Source of the DNA: Promethearchaeota archaeon
GTDB lineage: Archaea > Asgardarchaeota > Lokiarchaeia > Sigyniarchaeales > SOKP01
Length of the DNA stretch: 64,000 nucleotides
NCBI GenBank assembly: GCA_048941285.1
Contig: JBHLNS010000004.1
Coordinates: forward strand, 32,001 to 96,000
Direction: 5' to 3'
The translations under genes and the position numbers were made by a program. The notes below the pieces were generated by a model. The model was not told the origin of the DNA and did not search any database. It worked only from the letters and a program-made list of their open reading frames with translations. Shown piece by piece: positions 9,834 through 20,372 of this stretch. Position 1 is the stretch's first letter. Each line of letters begins with the position of its first letter.

Positions 9834-10229
9834 TTATATCCATTCAATTTGTTTGTATTTATTTATTCCAATTTTTAATATATCTTCAATTTCCTTTAAG
9901 AGTTGGGGTGTAGTTTTATTTATATTAAAACAAGACTTTCCTTTCAAAAATTTTTTAAGATCTGAGCTGATTTTTGTGAATAAATCTGGGTGGGAATAAA
10001 TAGGTGAGAAATAAAGACTAACATAGTTCTTTTGTTTTATTACACCAGCAATATATGTCGGTTGTGGTTTCTTTCCGAATAAGCTAACTTCTTTATTTCC
10101 ATACATATGATAAGCTGGTTTTTGTTGTTTGGCTTGGGATCCGATATAATGGTTTTTTATTAGAAAGTTGCTGGAGTTTTTTTCCAGGATTTTTTTTATC
10201 TCTAAAAAGATATTTTCTAGTTTCTCCAT
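9834..10229 (-). CDS. DUF1801/YdhG-like protein
   Basis: KNYVSLYF..IY and LKGKSCFNI motifs. Confidence 0.6.
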   Translation of the reverse strand: MEKLENIFLEIKKILEKNSSNFLIKNHYIGSQAKQQKPAYHMYGNKEVSLFGKKPQPTYIAGVIKQKNYVSLYFSPIYSHPDLFTKISSDLKKFLKGKSCFNINKTTPQLLKEIEDILKIGINKYKQIEWI

Positions 10230-10313
10230 ATTAAAAAAGATTTAAGAATATAATTTAACTATTTGACTTTTATTTTATTTGGATTTGATATAAAAAATAT
10301 ATAGAATGAAAAA

Positions 10314-11318
10314 TTAAATTCCTGTGGTATTTTTCTTTTTCCGGGATACGATGATTAGCACAGGAATACTTACAGCACTTCCTACAAATACTATCATACC
10401 TATTGTCCATTCAGTGGGAATTAATATGTCTATTCCTTCATTTGTATTGTTTCCTGGAACATCTGGAGGTGGATCTTCATCATTCGGATCATTATCATCA
10501 GCAATCCGATGTCTCTCAACGACTGCGAAAGCAATGTTAACATTCGGAACTTGGCAATAAATCGTAATATTCATGATGTAAAGACCCTCTACACTAGTAC
10601 CAAATCGATATACTAAGATTCCAAGAGACTCATTTCTATAAATTTTGTATGGTATTCCTATAGAACTCACTATATCATGTGCTATTACAACAAAATTGCT
10701 AAGCTTTATTGAGATGGGAGAAACTCTCTGAAAATAAAATTTGTAATACCAATTGCTTTTTAGTGTTGTATTAAAAACAATATTTGTTTCATTTTTAAAT
10801 TTTCTCACATCATAATAGTTTATCTTTTGTTGTTCATCACTGGGCATAATATCATAAAGACATTTGATCCCTTGTTCAATTTTAATATGTATATTAAGAT
10901 TCTCAGTAAGGATTGCCTTGAATATAATGGTATAATTCCCTGTGAGAGCTGTTCCAAATGGGGTGGTTCTGTAATCATCTTGTATCATGTTTGTCTCATA
11001 TGTAATTTCATAGGGATCATCTTCAGGATCAATTATTGTTATATTCATATCGCATATATGAGGTGTCACGACACCGACAATGATGTCATAATAAAAAGGT
11101 TTCTCGAAGAAAATAATTTCATTGAATATAAGAATTGGGTCTTCCACTGTGAAATTATATACTTTATCAGTAAGAATATCACCAATAGAACTGGTATGAA
11201 GTTCACTAATTTCACTTAATTTTCTTGAATTATTGAGAAAGTTGGGAAAAACTATTGAAATACCAGAGAATAATAAAATCAAGGAAAATAAAATTACTTT
11301 AGACCGCTTAATATCCAT
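10314..11318 (-). CDS. Secreted protein with C-terminal membrane anchor
   Basis: N-terminal signal/TM, beta-rich body, D/P-rich linker, C-terminal TM followed by RKKK. Confidence 0.7.
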   Translation of the reverse strand: MDIKRSKVILFSLILLFSGISIVFPNFLNNSRKLSEISELHTSSIGDILTDKVYNFTVEDPILIFNEIIFFEKPFYYDIIVGVVTPHICDMNITIIDPEDDPYEITYETNMIQDDYRTTPFGTALTGNYTIIFKAILTENLNIHIKIEQGIKCLYDIMPSDEQQKINYYDVRKFKNETNIVFNTTLKSNWYYKFYFQRVSPISIKLSNFVVIAHDIVSSIGIPYKIYRNESLGILVYRFGTSVEGLYIMNITIYCQVPNVNIAFAVVERHRIADDNDPNDEDPPPDVPGNNTNEGIDILIPTEWTIGMIVFVGSAVSIPVLIIVSRKKKNTTGI

Positions 11319-11625
11319 ACACCTTTAGTTCAGTAAATTCAGAAATTAATTCTTTTACCCTTTTACATTTATCGTAAGAAACGCAGTTAAAACATGGCTG
11401 ATCAGTCCAAAAATATGCCTTATGGTCTTTCTTATCAATAATCAAGATCGGGAATCTGCTTCTAGGGCAAGTTAGGGCAGAATTACTAATAGCACCCCGT
11501 TTTGGTAAAGCATATGATACTCCACAGATCTCGCATTTTGCATATCGCTTATAATTTTGAGTTTTAAAAATAGAAATCGTACAATCACAATTTGGGCAAA
11601 TCCCAATCTCATCTATTTTTCGCAT
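11308..11625 (-). CDS. Multi-zinc-ribbon protein
   Basis: CPNC, CEIC, CP and CFNC..C motifs; overlaps the downstream gene. Confidence 0.7.
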   Translation of the reverse strand: MRKIDEIGICPNCDCTISIFKTQNYKRYAKCEICGVSYALPKRGAISNSALTCPRSRFPILIIDKKDHKAYFWTDQPCFNCVSYDKCKRVKELISEFTELKVYGY

Positions 11626-11740
11626 ATCAATTATTAAATGTGTATAATAGTTTGAATAGAACTAAATCATGTTTATTTAAAGAAAAAAAATCTCATCCGG
11701 ATTTTTTGTTTATAAAGATCAAATAATAATATTTGATAGT

Positions 11741-11959
11741 ATGTTATTCGATTATTTTGATGGTATTGCAGAAGCGATAGAGTTCCTAGTGGCATTAGGC
11801 TCAATAATCGGAATGCTTGGACTAATTGTGGGAATAATTGGTTGGCTGTTTTTGGGGCAATTCCAGCGTCATAGGATGATAGGCGTCATTATAGTATCTA
11901 TTATCTTGTTGGCCATATGTGGGATCCATACAGGAATTAGATACTTTCGGATATACTGA
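11741..11959 (+). CDS. Small two-TM membrane protein
   Basis: 72 aa, two hydrophobic Gly-rich helices. Confidence 0.65.
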   Translation: MLFDYFDGIAEAIEFLVALGSIIGMLGLIVGIIGWLFLGQFQRHRMIGVIIVSIILLAICGIHTGIRYFRIY

Positions 11960-12492
11960 TATTCTTTTGACCATCAAGAAATTAAGCAGATACCTTTTAT
12001 ATTCCGGATTATTTATGAAAGAATAACTATTTTTCCTTTTCTTTTTAAGAGGGTATATAGAAAGTCTAGTACAAATCATTAACAATTCCAAGCAAGAGAT
12101 AATTAAAAAAGATGTTCGAATAATTTATTTCGTTGTAAAGAAGTAGATCAAAATATTTGACAACCAGATCACCTTCACTAAAAGACCTATGAATTTTAAA
12201 CCAAGGAATAAAAAAAGAAAATAGAATGTATAAATATCCAAAATTATTGGAAATTGTTAAATATATATGATGGCATATTTTTTTATTTTTCTCCATAAAA
12301 AATCTTCTCTAGTATCAATTTATTGGTTATTGAAGTATATCTCTTAATTTAGACCAATTTTTTGTATACCTTAATTCACTTTTCTTCATAAAAATAGATT
12401 TTTTTGACGCTTATTAAGATTTTTTTGTTCAAACTTTTGAACACATATTTAGAGGTATAATTATTTATACTAACATTGATATTTTACCTATA

Positions 12493-12963
12493 ATGAAATC
12501 AAAACTGCAATTGGTGATTCCCCTGCTATTAATTGGGGTTTTTACATTAATACCTAGTATTTTAATTAATATTGAGGGTATTGCTGATAAATCTATTAAT
12601 TTTGAAACAATTGCACAAGGATGGAATTCAGATTATACAACTCATGAATATATAGTTATAGACTCTCAAGTATTATGGGTAAAAATTTGGGATCAAACGT
12701 TTTCATCAATTCAACCTCAACCAGAAACACCCTATATTGATTTTACACAAAACAGTGTAATCGCTGTATTTTCCGGTTTTAAGCCAACGGGGGGTTATTC
12801 CATAAATATCACAAAAATTAGAGTAAAGATAACTTCTGTTTATGTATATGTTGAAAATATTTCCCCTCCTCCAGAAGTAGAAGTTCCTGCTGTAATAACA
12901 TTTCCATATCATATAATAAAAACACAAAAACTCTTTCTAAATATTATTTTTCAACGTATTTAA
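12493..12963 (+). CDS. PrcB C-terminal domain family secreted protein
   Basis: Signal peptide; IDF..SVIAVFSGFKPTGGYSINI and VITFPYHII motifs. Confidence 0.75.
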   Translation: MKSKLQLVIPLLLIGVFTLIPSILINIEGIADKSINFETIAQGWNSDYTTHEYIVIDSQVLWVKIWDQTFSSIQPQPETPYIDFTQNSVIAVFSGFKPTGGYSINITKIRVKITSVYVYVENISPPPEVEVPAVITFPYHIIKTQKLFLNIIFQRI

Positions 12964-13064
12964 TTTAATTAAAAAGAAAACAGTGTAGATATTATGATAT
13001 GAAGCGAATTTTGTTTATTAAGCTTGAAATGATATTAAAAATCAATATAAGAATTAAAAATTAT

Positions 13065-13556
13065 TCACGTTTTTAACAATAAATGATATCCACTTCCACC
13101 TGAAGAAGTAGAATCGCCTATTAATATTCCAAAGAAATCCAAAACTGATCCTGTACACCAGCAACCAATCCATAACAGTGCTACTCCGATAATAACATTT
13201 CTTGCCCAGTGTAGACTTCTTGTAAATATTCCTACAAAACCCACTAGCATAAGAATTCCACCAATCATTATAGAAAAGGTTCCTATTCCATCAATAAGTA
13301 TTGAAAAAAGCCCACCAATTTGAAATCTCCAATTCAACCCAAAAATTGGAAAAAAGATGAATACAAATAATAAGATACAGAAGAATATTGCTACAATCCA
13401 CCTCGATTGTTCGTATTTTGGCTTTACAATATATCTTGTGTCATAAGAATGTTTTTTTGAAATTTTAAGAACACCTTTTTTTATTGATATCCTTTTTGAA
13501 ACTGAAGTTGAGTATATATAAAGGAAAAAGTGTATACAATAATAGCTCATTTTCAT
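13065..13556 (-). CDS. Three-TM membrane protein
   Basis: Three hydrophobic segments; true start probably downstream of the called one. Confidence 0.6.
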   Translation of the reverse strand: MKMSYYCIHFFLYIYSTSVSKRISIKKGVLKISKKHSYDTRYIVKPKYEQSRWIVAIFFCILLFVFIFFPIFGLNWRFQIGGLFSILIDGIGTFSIMIGGILMLVGFVGIFTRSLHWARNVIIGVALLWIGCWCTGSVLDFFGILIGDSTSSGGSGYHLLLKT

Positions 13557-13663
13557 TTAAAAAGAATTGATTAAATGAAAGCAATAAATCAGATGGTGAA
13601 ATAAAAATTCCCATTAAATTTCCAATAATCTTAATTTTTTACATAGATGATGATAGTTTTATA

Positions 13664-13975
13664 TTGCCAGTTTTCATATTATTAGTTATTACATATCTAT
13701 TCATGATTTTTAATCCAAATATGCCTTCAGAATTTCGCTGTCCTAATTGCCAATCCGATGAGTTTATTGACTATGGAGAGCTTATTGAATGCGTTCAATG
13801 TGGTTTTGAATTTTTCAAAGAAGTCTTAGACCATGATATTGAAGAGGAAAATATTTTGTCTGATCAAGAATTAGAAAGTCTGGCAGAAACATTTCAAGGA
13901 GAATTTAAAGAAGAAAAGGATCGCGAAAGATTCTTAAAATCAATTGATGATGATCTCAGAGATCTTCAGGACTAG
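13664..13975 (+). CDS. Zinc-ribbon protein with acidic tail
   Basis: CPNC...CVQCG; likely start at MPSEF (13720). Confidence 0.65.
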   Translation: MPVFILLVITYLFMIFNPNMPSEFRCPNCQSDEFIDYGELIECVQCGFEFFKEVLDHDIEEENILSDQELESLAETFQGEFKEEKDRERFLKSIDDDLRDLQD

Positions 13976-14103
13976 ATTAGCTTTACTATTTAATTAAATA
14001 ATCTTTATTCAAATAACAATATCGATTTTTTCAATTAATTATCTTTAATCTGGTTTTATCATGTTTTTTTCTTTTTATACAACTATTTTATAATTGATAA
14101 GAT

Positions 14104-15198
14104 ATGGGTGTTAAATTACAGAATCTTATTTTAAGAAAGGTTATTGAATTTCAAGATTTAAATGGGAAGATTGCGGCAATTGATGCTCCAAACATAATTA
14201 TGGGATTATTTAATTTTGCTGTGAAGAATCAAGATAATCTAAAAACAGGATTAATATTAGATCGAACACAACGACCAATTTCTCATCTATATGGTCTTCT
14301 GTATCGAGTTAATTTCTTTTACTCAAAGAATATTTTCCCGGTATTTTGCTTTGATGGAAAGGTTTCAGAACTTAAAAAAATAATAACAAAAGATCAATTA
14401 CGGGATTTCATATTTACTCAGAACTGGTATAATGAGGCATTGAGAACTGGGAATAAAATCTTAGCTAGAGATATAGCACTAAGTAAGGAATATATGTGGC
14501 AGAACATTATCAAAGAATCAAAACAACTTATTGGTGCGTTAGGTGTTCCCTATATAGAATCTCCCGCATCAGCAGAATCTCAATGTGCCTATTTAGTGAA
14601 AAGAGGATTGGTTGATTATTCTAATTCACAAGATTTTGATTCTCTCTTATTTGGATGTCCCTTATTAATCCAAAATCTTTCAAAATCATTAAGAAGGAAA
14701 ATTCAAGGAAAGTGGCATTATCATAAGATACAACCCGTTGTTATTGATCTACAAAAGAATTTAAAAAATTTAGGTATTTCAATATTTCAATTAGTTGATA
14801 TTGGAATATTAATAGGTACAGATTATTTTCCTGGTGTAGGTGGTATTGGATCAAAAAAAGCATTGAGTCTTGTTAGAAAATACAAATCTCTTGAAAAAAT
14901 TATTCTAAAAGAGTATAATAAGTATGATTTTGGTCAATTAAACCCAGATCTTATTAAAAAAGTAAGAAAAATCTTTTTATTCCCTAATGTTAAAGGAAGA
15001 ATTGATAACCTTTTGTGGAATCCCCCTAATAAAACAAGAATAAATTCATTATTGTGTGAAGAACATCATTTAAATAAAAGCCGTGTAGAAAAAAATCTTG
15101 AACAATTTGAATTGAATTATAAGAAATGTAGAAATTATTTCATACAATATAAAAAACAACCAAAAAGACTCCAAGTTACATTAGATAATATCCCATAA
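14104..15198 (+). CDS. fen: Flap endonuclease 1 (FEN1/XPG family), divergent
   Basis: MGV start, AIDA, FCFDG, SAESQCAYL, SQDFDSLLFG, GTDYFPGVGGIG; degenerate PIP box QVTLDNIP. Confidence 0.85.
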   Translation: MGVKLQNLILRKVIEFQDLNGKIAAIDAPNIIMGLFNFAVKNQDNLKTGLILDRTQRPISHLYGLLYRVNFFYSKNIFPVFCFDGKVSELKKIITKDQLRDFIFTQNWYNEALRTGNKILARDIALSKEYMWQNIIKESKQLIGALGVPYIESPASAESQCAYLVKRGLVDYSNSQDFDSLLFGCPLLIQNLSKSLRRKIQGKWHYHKIQPVVIDLQKNLKNLGISIFQLVDIGILIGTDYFPGVGGIGSKKALSLVRKYKSLEKIILKEYNKYDFGQLNPDLIKKVRKIFLFPNVKGRIDNLLWNPPNKTRINSLLCEEHHLNKSRVEKNLEQFELNYKKCRNYFIQYKKQPKRLQVTLDNIP

Positions 15199-15220
15199 TT
15201 TTTCCTTTAAATGTAAAATC

Positions 15221-15913
15221 TTGACAACGCTAACTCCTTTTTTTTATTTAAATAATCTCATAATTATCATAATAATAAGATTCAGCTTTAGCATCGAGGA
15301 AATCATGACTCAGACACTAAAAAAGGAAATATTTGATACAGATAATATAAGTGATTACTATAAAAAGTATTATAAGTCTCAAAATAAATTTAAACCGATT
15401 GTGTTAAACTATGTATTCCGAAATATCTCTTTTATTACAAAAAAGGAAAAAATTCGAACCATTACTCACTCTGAGTATAAAGAAATAAGTATCTGTTTAA
15501 ATATCCCTATTATGCTTATTCACAAGGTAATCAGTGAATATTTAATTAACTTGTTAAGGTTCAAAAAATTTCTCAATAAAAATCCAAATTTACTTCATAT
15601 TAAAGAACAGAAACACTTTATTAATATTCTTATTCATAGATTCTATCGACTAGCTCCTGTTTTTGACTATAAAAGGGCAAAACAAAATGCAAAAATCCTT
15701 CAAATAAAATTAAATAAATTGTTTTTCTGGCCACAATTAATGACTCAATTAGCAATTATAATATTCGTAACTGATTTATTCGATAAGCAAAATTCTCAAA
15801 AAATAATTCAATCTAATTTAAGAGCTTTATGTAGTTGTTCTGCTTATGCATTTCATAGAACCAGAAATAAGCTGGGTTTAACCTCGAAATTTGCCAAAAG
15901 CTTAACAGCATAG
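15221..15913 (+). CDS. Protein with a TFB C-terminal cyclin/HTH-like repeat
   Basis: QLAIIIFV..IIQSNLRALCSCSAYAFHRTRNKL resembles the last TFB repeat; likely start MTQTL (~15305). Confidence 0.45.
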   Translation: MTTLTPFFYLNNLIIIIIIRFSFSIEEIMTQTLKKEIFDTDNISDYYKKYYKSQNKFKPIVLNYVFRNISFITKKEKIRTITHSEYKEISICLNIPIMLIHKVISEYLINLLRFKKFLNKNPNLLHIKEQKHFINILIHRFYRLAPVFDYKRAKQNAKILQIKLNKLFFWPQLMTQLAIIIFVTDLFDKQNSQKIIQSNLRALCSCSAYAFHRTRNKLGLTSKFAKSLTA

Positions 15914-15945
15914 TTTATGAATAACAAAGAATAATTTGAAAGAAA

Positions 15946-16893
15946 ATGTTAGAAAGAGCTGAAGAGATCTATCAAGCTTTATTAGATGGAGGGATAAGTG
16001 AAGAGGAACTTATCCAGCAAATTAAGGAAAAAACAAATGAATTTCAAGGTTTTATGACCAAGCAAGCAATATTATATCTTATTGCAAAAGAAAATGGAAT
16101 TAATGTGGATTCCTCTGATAATGTGGAAATGGTTAATCACATTACTGAGGATATTATTGATTATAATGAGTTTTCTGTTCCAATCTCATCTATTGTTGAA
16201 AACATAAATAACATTGTCATTGCAGGGAGAGTGGAGAGGATTTACACAATTAGAGATTTTATAAAGAAAGATGGCACTCCCGGACGTATAGGGTCATTTC
16301 AAATTTGTGATGCTTCTGAATGCATTAAAATCATTCTATGGAATGAGAATGTTGAAATTATGGAAAATGACCTTTTCAAGAAGGGCGAAATAATTCAATT
16401 AGTTGGGGGTTATTCTAAAAAAAATAGTGATGGGAAGTTAGAAGTCCATTTAAGTAGGCAGGGGACTATTATTTTGGCTCCAGAAACCGTACTTATATCT
16501 GAAAATCTAAAACCTAATTTTGTGAAAAACAAATCCATTGAAATATCCGACAACACTAAACAAGAAAATTTGGATATAAAATCTCAATTATCTATTCAAA
16601 ACCTTCATAATAAGGATGGATACATTAGGTTTATTTCAGGGATAGTAAATGTTGAATTTTTTAAGGAATTCTCTCTAAAAAATGGTGAGAAATCATTTCT
16701 GTTAAAGTTACAACTTTCAGATGGTTCTGCGTCAATAAAAGTGAATATTTGGGGTTTAAAGGCAGTAGAGTGTATAAAGTTAATTACCAATGGAGATAAG
16801 GTCAAGTTTTTTAATGTAGTTATTAAGGAAAATTCATATACAAATGATAAAGAACTTAATTTTACGAGAAATTCTACCCTTAGTGTTCTATAA
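15946..16893 (+). CDS. Replication protein A-like ssDNA-binding protein (two OB folds)
   Basis: N-terminal LYLIAKENGI helix domain; OB folds F.KKDG..G....I.D.S..IKIILWN and LSDGSASIKVNIWG. Confidence 0.85.
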   Translation: MLERAEEIYQALLDGGISEEELIQQIKEKTNEFQGFMTKQAILYLIAKENGINVDSSDNVEMVNHITEDIIDYNEFSVPISSIVENINNIVIAGRVERIYTIRDFIKKDGTPGRIGSFQICDASECIKIILWNENVEIMENDLFKKGEIIQLVGGYSKKNSDGKLEVHLSRQGTIILAPETVLISENLKPNFVKNKSIEISDNTKQENLDIKSQLSIQNLHNKDGYIRFISGIVNVEFFKEFSLKNGEKSFLLKLQLSDGSASIKVNIWGLKAVECIKLITNGDKVKFFNVVIKENSYTNDKELNFTRNSTLSVL

Positions 16894-16979
16894 TTTTATT
16901 GGAAAAATTATAGAATTATAACTAATATATTTATTAAGGTAATGTTATTTGCTTTATTAAGAATTAAAAGGGTTATTAT

Positions 16980-18266
16980 TTGTTGCAGAAACAGAAAATT
17001 ATTTTCGGATTTATCGTATTTTTCATGATTATTCCTTCTATTTATATATATAATACAGAAAATCAATTCGATCCATTCTTAAGCAAGGGATTATCACCAA
17101 ATTATTCTTTAGATGATATATCTAATACTATTAATTATAATGTTCTTACTGGTATAGAAGAAATTGAATATTTCAGTCCCACATTAGTAGAACAGTCAAT
17201 CCAAACGATTATACAACCATTTTTTGGTGAAAATAGCTATAGCAATACCTTGGAAAATTTAACTCCAGAAATTTCGTATCCTTTTCCTCCTGACGACAGG
17301 GTAAGAATAAATAATACTTCAATTTTTCCATGGAGTACAATAACTAAGTTGTATATAACTGCAGCAGACGATACAGAATGGATTGGATCTGGTGCAATGT
17401 TAGATGAGTTTCATGTACTTACATGTGGCCACTGTGTTTATTTACATGGTCATGGAGGTTGGGCTAGTGAAATAGTGGTTGTTCCAGGAATGAGAGGACC
17501 CTATAGACCTTTTGGTCAAGCATTTGCTACTAATTATCGTACATATACGGAATGGACGCAAAGTGAAATGTTCCAGCATGATTGGGCTGTTATCACCCTT
17601 GATCGAACTATAGGAAATCAAACTGGTTGGATGGGAAGGAAGACTGAGGCACCATCGGACCCTATTTATCAGGGGACACTCCATACAGCTGGATATCCCG
17701 GTGACTTAGATCTCGGGGAATATATGTATTATGATTCGGATGTAGGTAAGAATGCTGATGCTTATAATCATTGGTATTGGATGGATACCGCAGCGGGGCA
17801 AAGTGGCGGACCAGTATGGCAAGAAGAAAATGGGAGCTACTATATCTTAACTGTCAACGCTTATGAATATGAAAATGGTGCTGATGCAAATTTTGGTACA
17901 CGATTAAATCAAGATAAATTTGATCAGATAAATATATGGTTAGCATCAGACACCCCTCCTGAAAATCCTGGTGGATGGGATCCTAATCTTATTGTGATCA
18001 TTATTATTATAGCTTCTATTGGAGTTGTTATTGTAATTTTCAGTATTGTGATGGTATCAAGAAGATCACGTCAGAAATTGAAGTTTGTTGAGCCATATGA
18101 GGGACCCATTACTGAATATAACTCAGAAAGCATCCCTTTAATTACCCCGCAATTATACTCTCAAAATCTTGGGATTTGCCCTAATTGTGGAATGCAATTT
18201 TTTCGGGATAATCAACGATTTTGTTCTAACTGCGGTAATGAGCTTCGTTTAGAATCAGAAGAATAA
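16980..18266 (+). CDS. Trypsin-like (V8/glutamyl endopeptidase family) serine protease with TM anchor and C-terminal zinc ribbon
   Basis: Catalytic triad TCGHC, HDWAV, GQSGGP; TM helix; CPNCG...FCSNCG. Confidence 0.85.
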   Translation: MLQKQKIIFGFIVFFMIIPSIYIYNTENQFDPFLSKGLSPNYSLDDISNTINYNVLTGIEEIEYFSPTLVEQSIQTIIQPFFGENSYSNTLENLTPEISYPFPPDDRVRINNTSIFPWSTITKLYITAADDTEWIGSGAMLDEFHVLTCGHCVYLHGHGGWASEIVVVPGMRGPYRPFGQAFATNYRTYTEWTQSEMFQHDWAVITLDRTIGNQTGWMGRKTEAPSDPIYQGTLHTAGYPGDLDLGEYMYYDSDVGKNADAYNHWYWMDTAAGQSGGPVWQEENGSYYILTVNAYEYENGADANFGTRLNQDKFDQINIWLASDTPPENPGGWDPNLIVIIIIIASIGVVIVIFSIVMVSRRSRQKLKFVEPYEGPITEYNSESIPLITPQLYSQNLGICPNCGMQFFRDNQRFCSNCGNELRLESEE

Positions 18267-18276
18267 AAATAATTTT

Positions 18277-18924
18277 TCATAATATTTGCTCCATCAGATT
18301 TTCTCCACACTCTTCGCAAAATTCTTGTTGCTTGTCGCGTATTTTTGCCCCACATTTTTTGCAATGACTTAATTGCTCTCTCAGTTTTCTCTCAGCTTCT
18401 TTTTTCTCTTCAATCATCTTAGATTCAATAAATTTTTCATAATCATCTTTTGGATGAATTCCCTTCTGAAGATTGGAAATTGTATCATTTAACCACAACA
18501 TAAATATGTATTTTTCTGTATCTTCTACAGTTTTAAATGATTGGTAATTTTTTGTTATTTTATCTGGAATATCTATGAATTTTTTATTCCCTATATCTAA
18601 AAAAGTATTATAGAATAAGACTCCATCATAAATTAAATGTTTCACTTCTTGATTTTTCTCAACTTCATAAGCTAGATCGAAGCCAGTAGCACCCTTATTT
18701 ATCATAATTAACAATTGCTTTAAAAACTCTAACTTTTTTTTCATATCATGCACTTTAGGTTTTTTATTTTTAGGATCTATGAAGAGATAACCACTTGACC
18801 TATAGTTGTCTGAATTTTTTCTATAATTTTTTTCTTTTTCCATCTTTTTCTGCAATTTTTCTAGTTGAGTACCTATTTTCATGGTGTAAAACCCTTTTAA
18901 GAAGTTTAAATTTCGCGTCAACAA
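18277..18924 (-). CDS. Hypothetical protein with C-terminal zinc ribbon
   Basis: CKKCG...FCEECG. Confidence 0.65.
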   Translation of the reverse strand: MLTRNLNFLKGFYTMKIGTQLEKLQKKMEKEKNYRKNSDNYRSSGYLFIDPKNKKPKVHDMKKKLEFLKQLLIMINKGATGFDLAYEVEKNQEVKHLIYDGVLFYNTFLDIGNKKFIDIPDKITKNYQSFKTVEDTEKYIFMLWLNDTISNLQKGIHPKDDYEKFIESKMIEEKKEAERKLREQLSHCKKCGAKIRDKQQEFCEECGENLMEQIL

Positions 18925-19067
18925 TAAAAAATATTCCCTAGACTCAATAGGTGCTTTCTATATAAATATTTTTTCAAATTATACACCCAAATCTAATTTG
19001 AATATTGAGAGATCTACTTTAAATTCCTGATGACCCTTATACTAATTTTTTCTTTATATATTCTGCA

Positions 19068-19661
19068 TTGAATTTTCATCAAAAATTAAAATATAGAAAA
19101 AAAGGAAAAAAAATGATAACTCACATACCAAAAGTTTTATACCAAAATAAAATAACAGAAGTGTTGGATGATATTAGATATAACTATGGCAAATTAACAC
19201 GAAAAGGGTATATCTACGGTTTAATAGCAATAGATCAAGATGCAAAAATAATAGCAATAGATTCCAGATTCGACAGAAAGTTAAACTATTGGGACTTAAG
19301 CTCAATAGGAGCTGCATTATATGGAGTTGCTAGGCAAGGTCAAGATTTTTTCGAAACAGAATCCTTAGAAAGAGCTACTCTGATTTATAGTGATATGCGG
19401 TTATTTGTCAAATCCATAGGTAACATAGAGCTTCAAAAGAAAGGAAAGCGAGATATTCTTATCGTTCTATTAACCGATAACGAGGTAAATTTAGGAGTAA
19501 TGATCCTTCAGATGAGTAAGTTTGCGCAGAAAATTAAAGAAGAAATTGAAAAAAATGATCATATGAAAAATGTCTTAAAAATGCCTGAGAAAGATATCAA
19601 AGAGCATATCAAAGAATTAAAGAAACAGATGTTTAAAGATAAAATTGGTACAATATCCTAA
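19068..19661 (+). CDS. Roadblock/LC7 (MglB-like) protein
   Basis: LSSIGAALYG and VNLGVMILQM roadblock patterns; directly upstream of an MglA-like GTPase. Confidence 0.75.
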   Translation: MNFHQKLKYRKKGKKMITHIPKVLYQNKITEVLDDIRYNYGKLTRKGYIYGLIAIDQDAKIIAIDSRFDRKLNYWDLSSIGAALYGVARQGQDFFETESLERATLIYSDMRLFVKSIGNIELQKKGKRDILIVLLTDNEVNLGVMILQMSKFAQKIKEEIEKNDHMKNVLKMPEKDIKEHIKELKKQMFKDKIGTIS

Positions 19662-19666
19662 GATTC

Positions 19667-20341
19667 TTGAGCTCAGGTGATTATATGGAATTAGAGCATA
19701 GAAATTTAGGAAAAGTAAAAGTAGAAGTAAGTGAAGATTTTGATTTCAATGATTCAGAAAATATGATTCAATTTAAGATTGTTTATTGGGGTCCCGGTGA
19801 AAGTGGTAAAACTACAAATTTTTTTAGATTACGTGAAAAATTTGATTTGATTAAATTAACTCGGGGGTATTCTATAGAAACCACCGAAGGTCGGACTCTC
19901 TGGGAAGATTCCTTATATTTACTCTTCAAATTTACACTACATAATATTAAATTCAATATAATATGTCATGTAGTGACATGTACTGGACAGGAGAGATTCC
20001 TTTCCACACGAGAGTATGTTTTAGATGGAGCTGATGGGATAATGTTTATAGGAGATTCTGAACCCGATAAAATCGAGCAAAATAAAAGAAGTTTTCGAGA
20101 ACTGGTAAGTTTTGCTAAACCAAAGAATATCCCATACTTAATTCAGTTAAATAAACGGGATTTAGGAAACGCTATTTCTATTAAAGATTTTAAACTTAAT
20201 TTAGGTCTACCCCTCCAAGAATCATACCCAGATGGTTCTTTAGTTGTATATCCTTCAGAAGCCCTCCAAGGTAAAAATATAATTGAAAGTTTCAGAGATT
20301 TAATGCTCCAAGTAATTTTTAAATATTTTAAGGAAGAATGA
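19667..20341 (+). CDS. MglA-like small GTPase
   Basis: KIVYWGPGESGKTTN, GRTL, TCTGQ, VLDGADG, NKRD. Confidence 0.85.
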   Translation: MSSGDYMELEHRNLGKVKVEVSEDFDFNDSENMIQFKIVYWGPGESGKTTNFFRLREKFDLIKLTRGYSIETTEGRTLWEDSLYLLFKFTLHNIKFNIICHVVTCTGQERFLSTREYVLDGADGIMFIGDSEPDKIEQNKRSFRELVSFAKPKNIPYLIQLNKRDLGNAISIKDFKLNLGLPLQESYPDGSLVVYPSEALQGKNIIESFRDLMLQVIFKYFKEE

Positions 20342-20372
20342 TAACATTTTCGTTGAAATGTAAGGTGATCTC

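Noticed and set aside
11960-12296. ORFs 12066-12296 and 11822-12091 as genes
   Set aside because: Low-complexity AT-rich translations with no motifs; possibly a decayed membrane gene, but not supportable.
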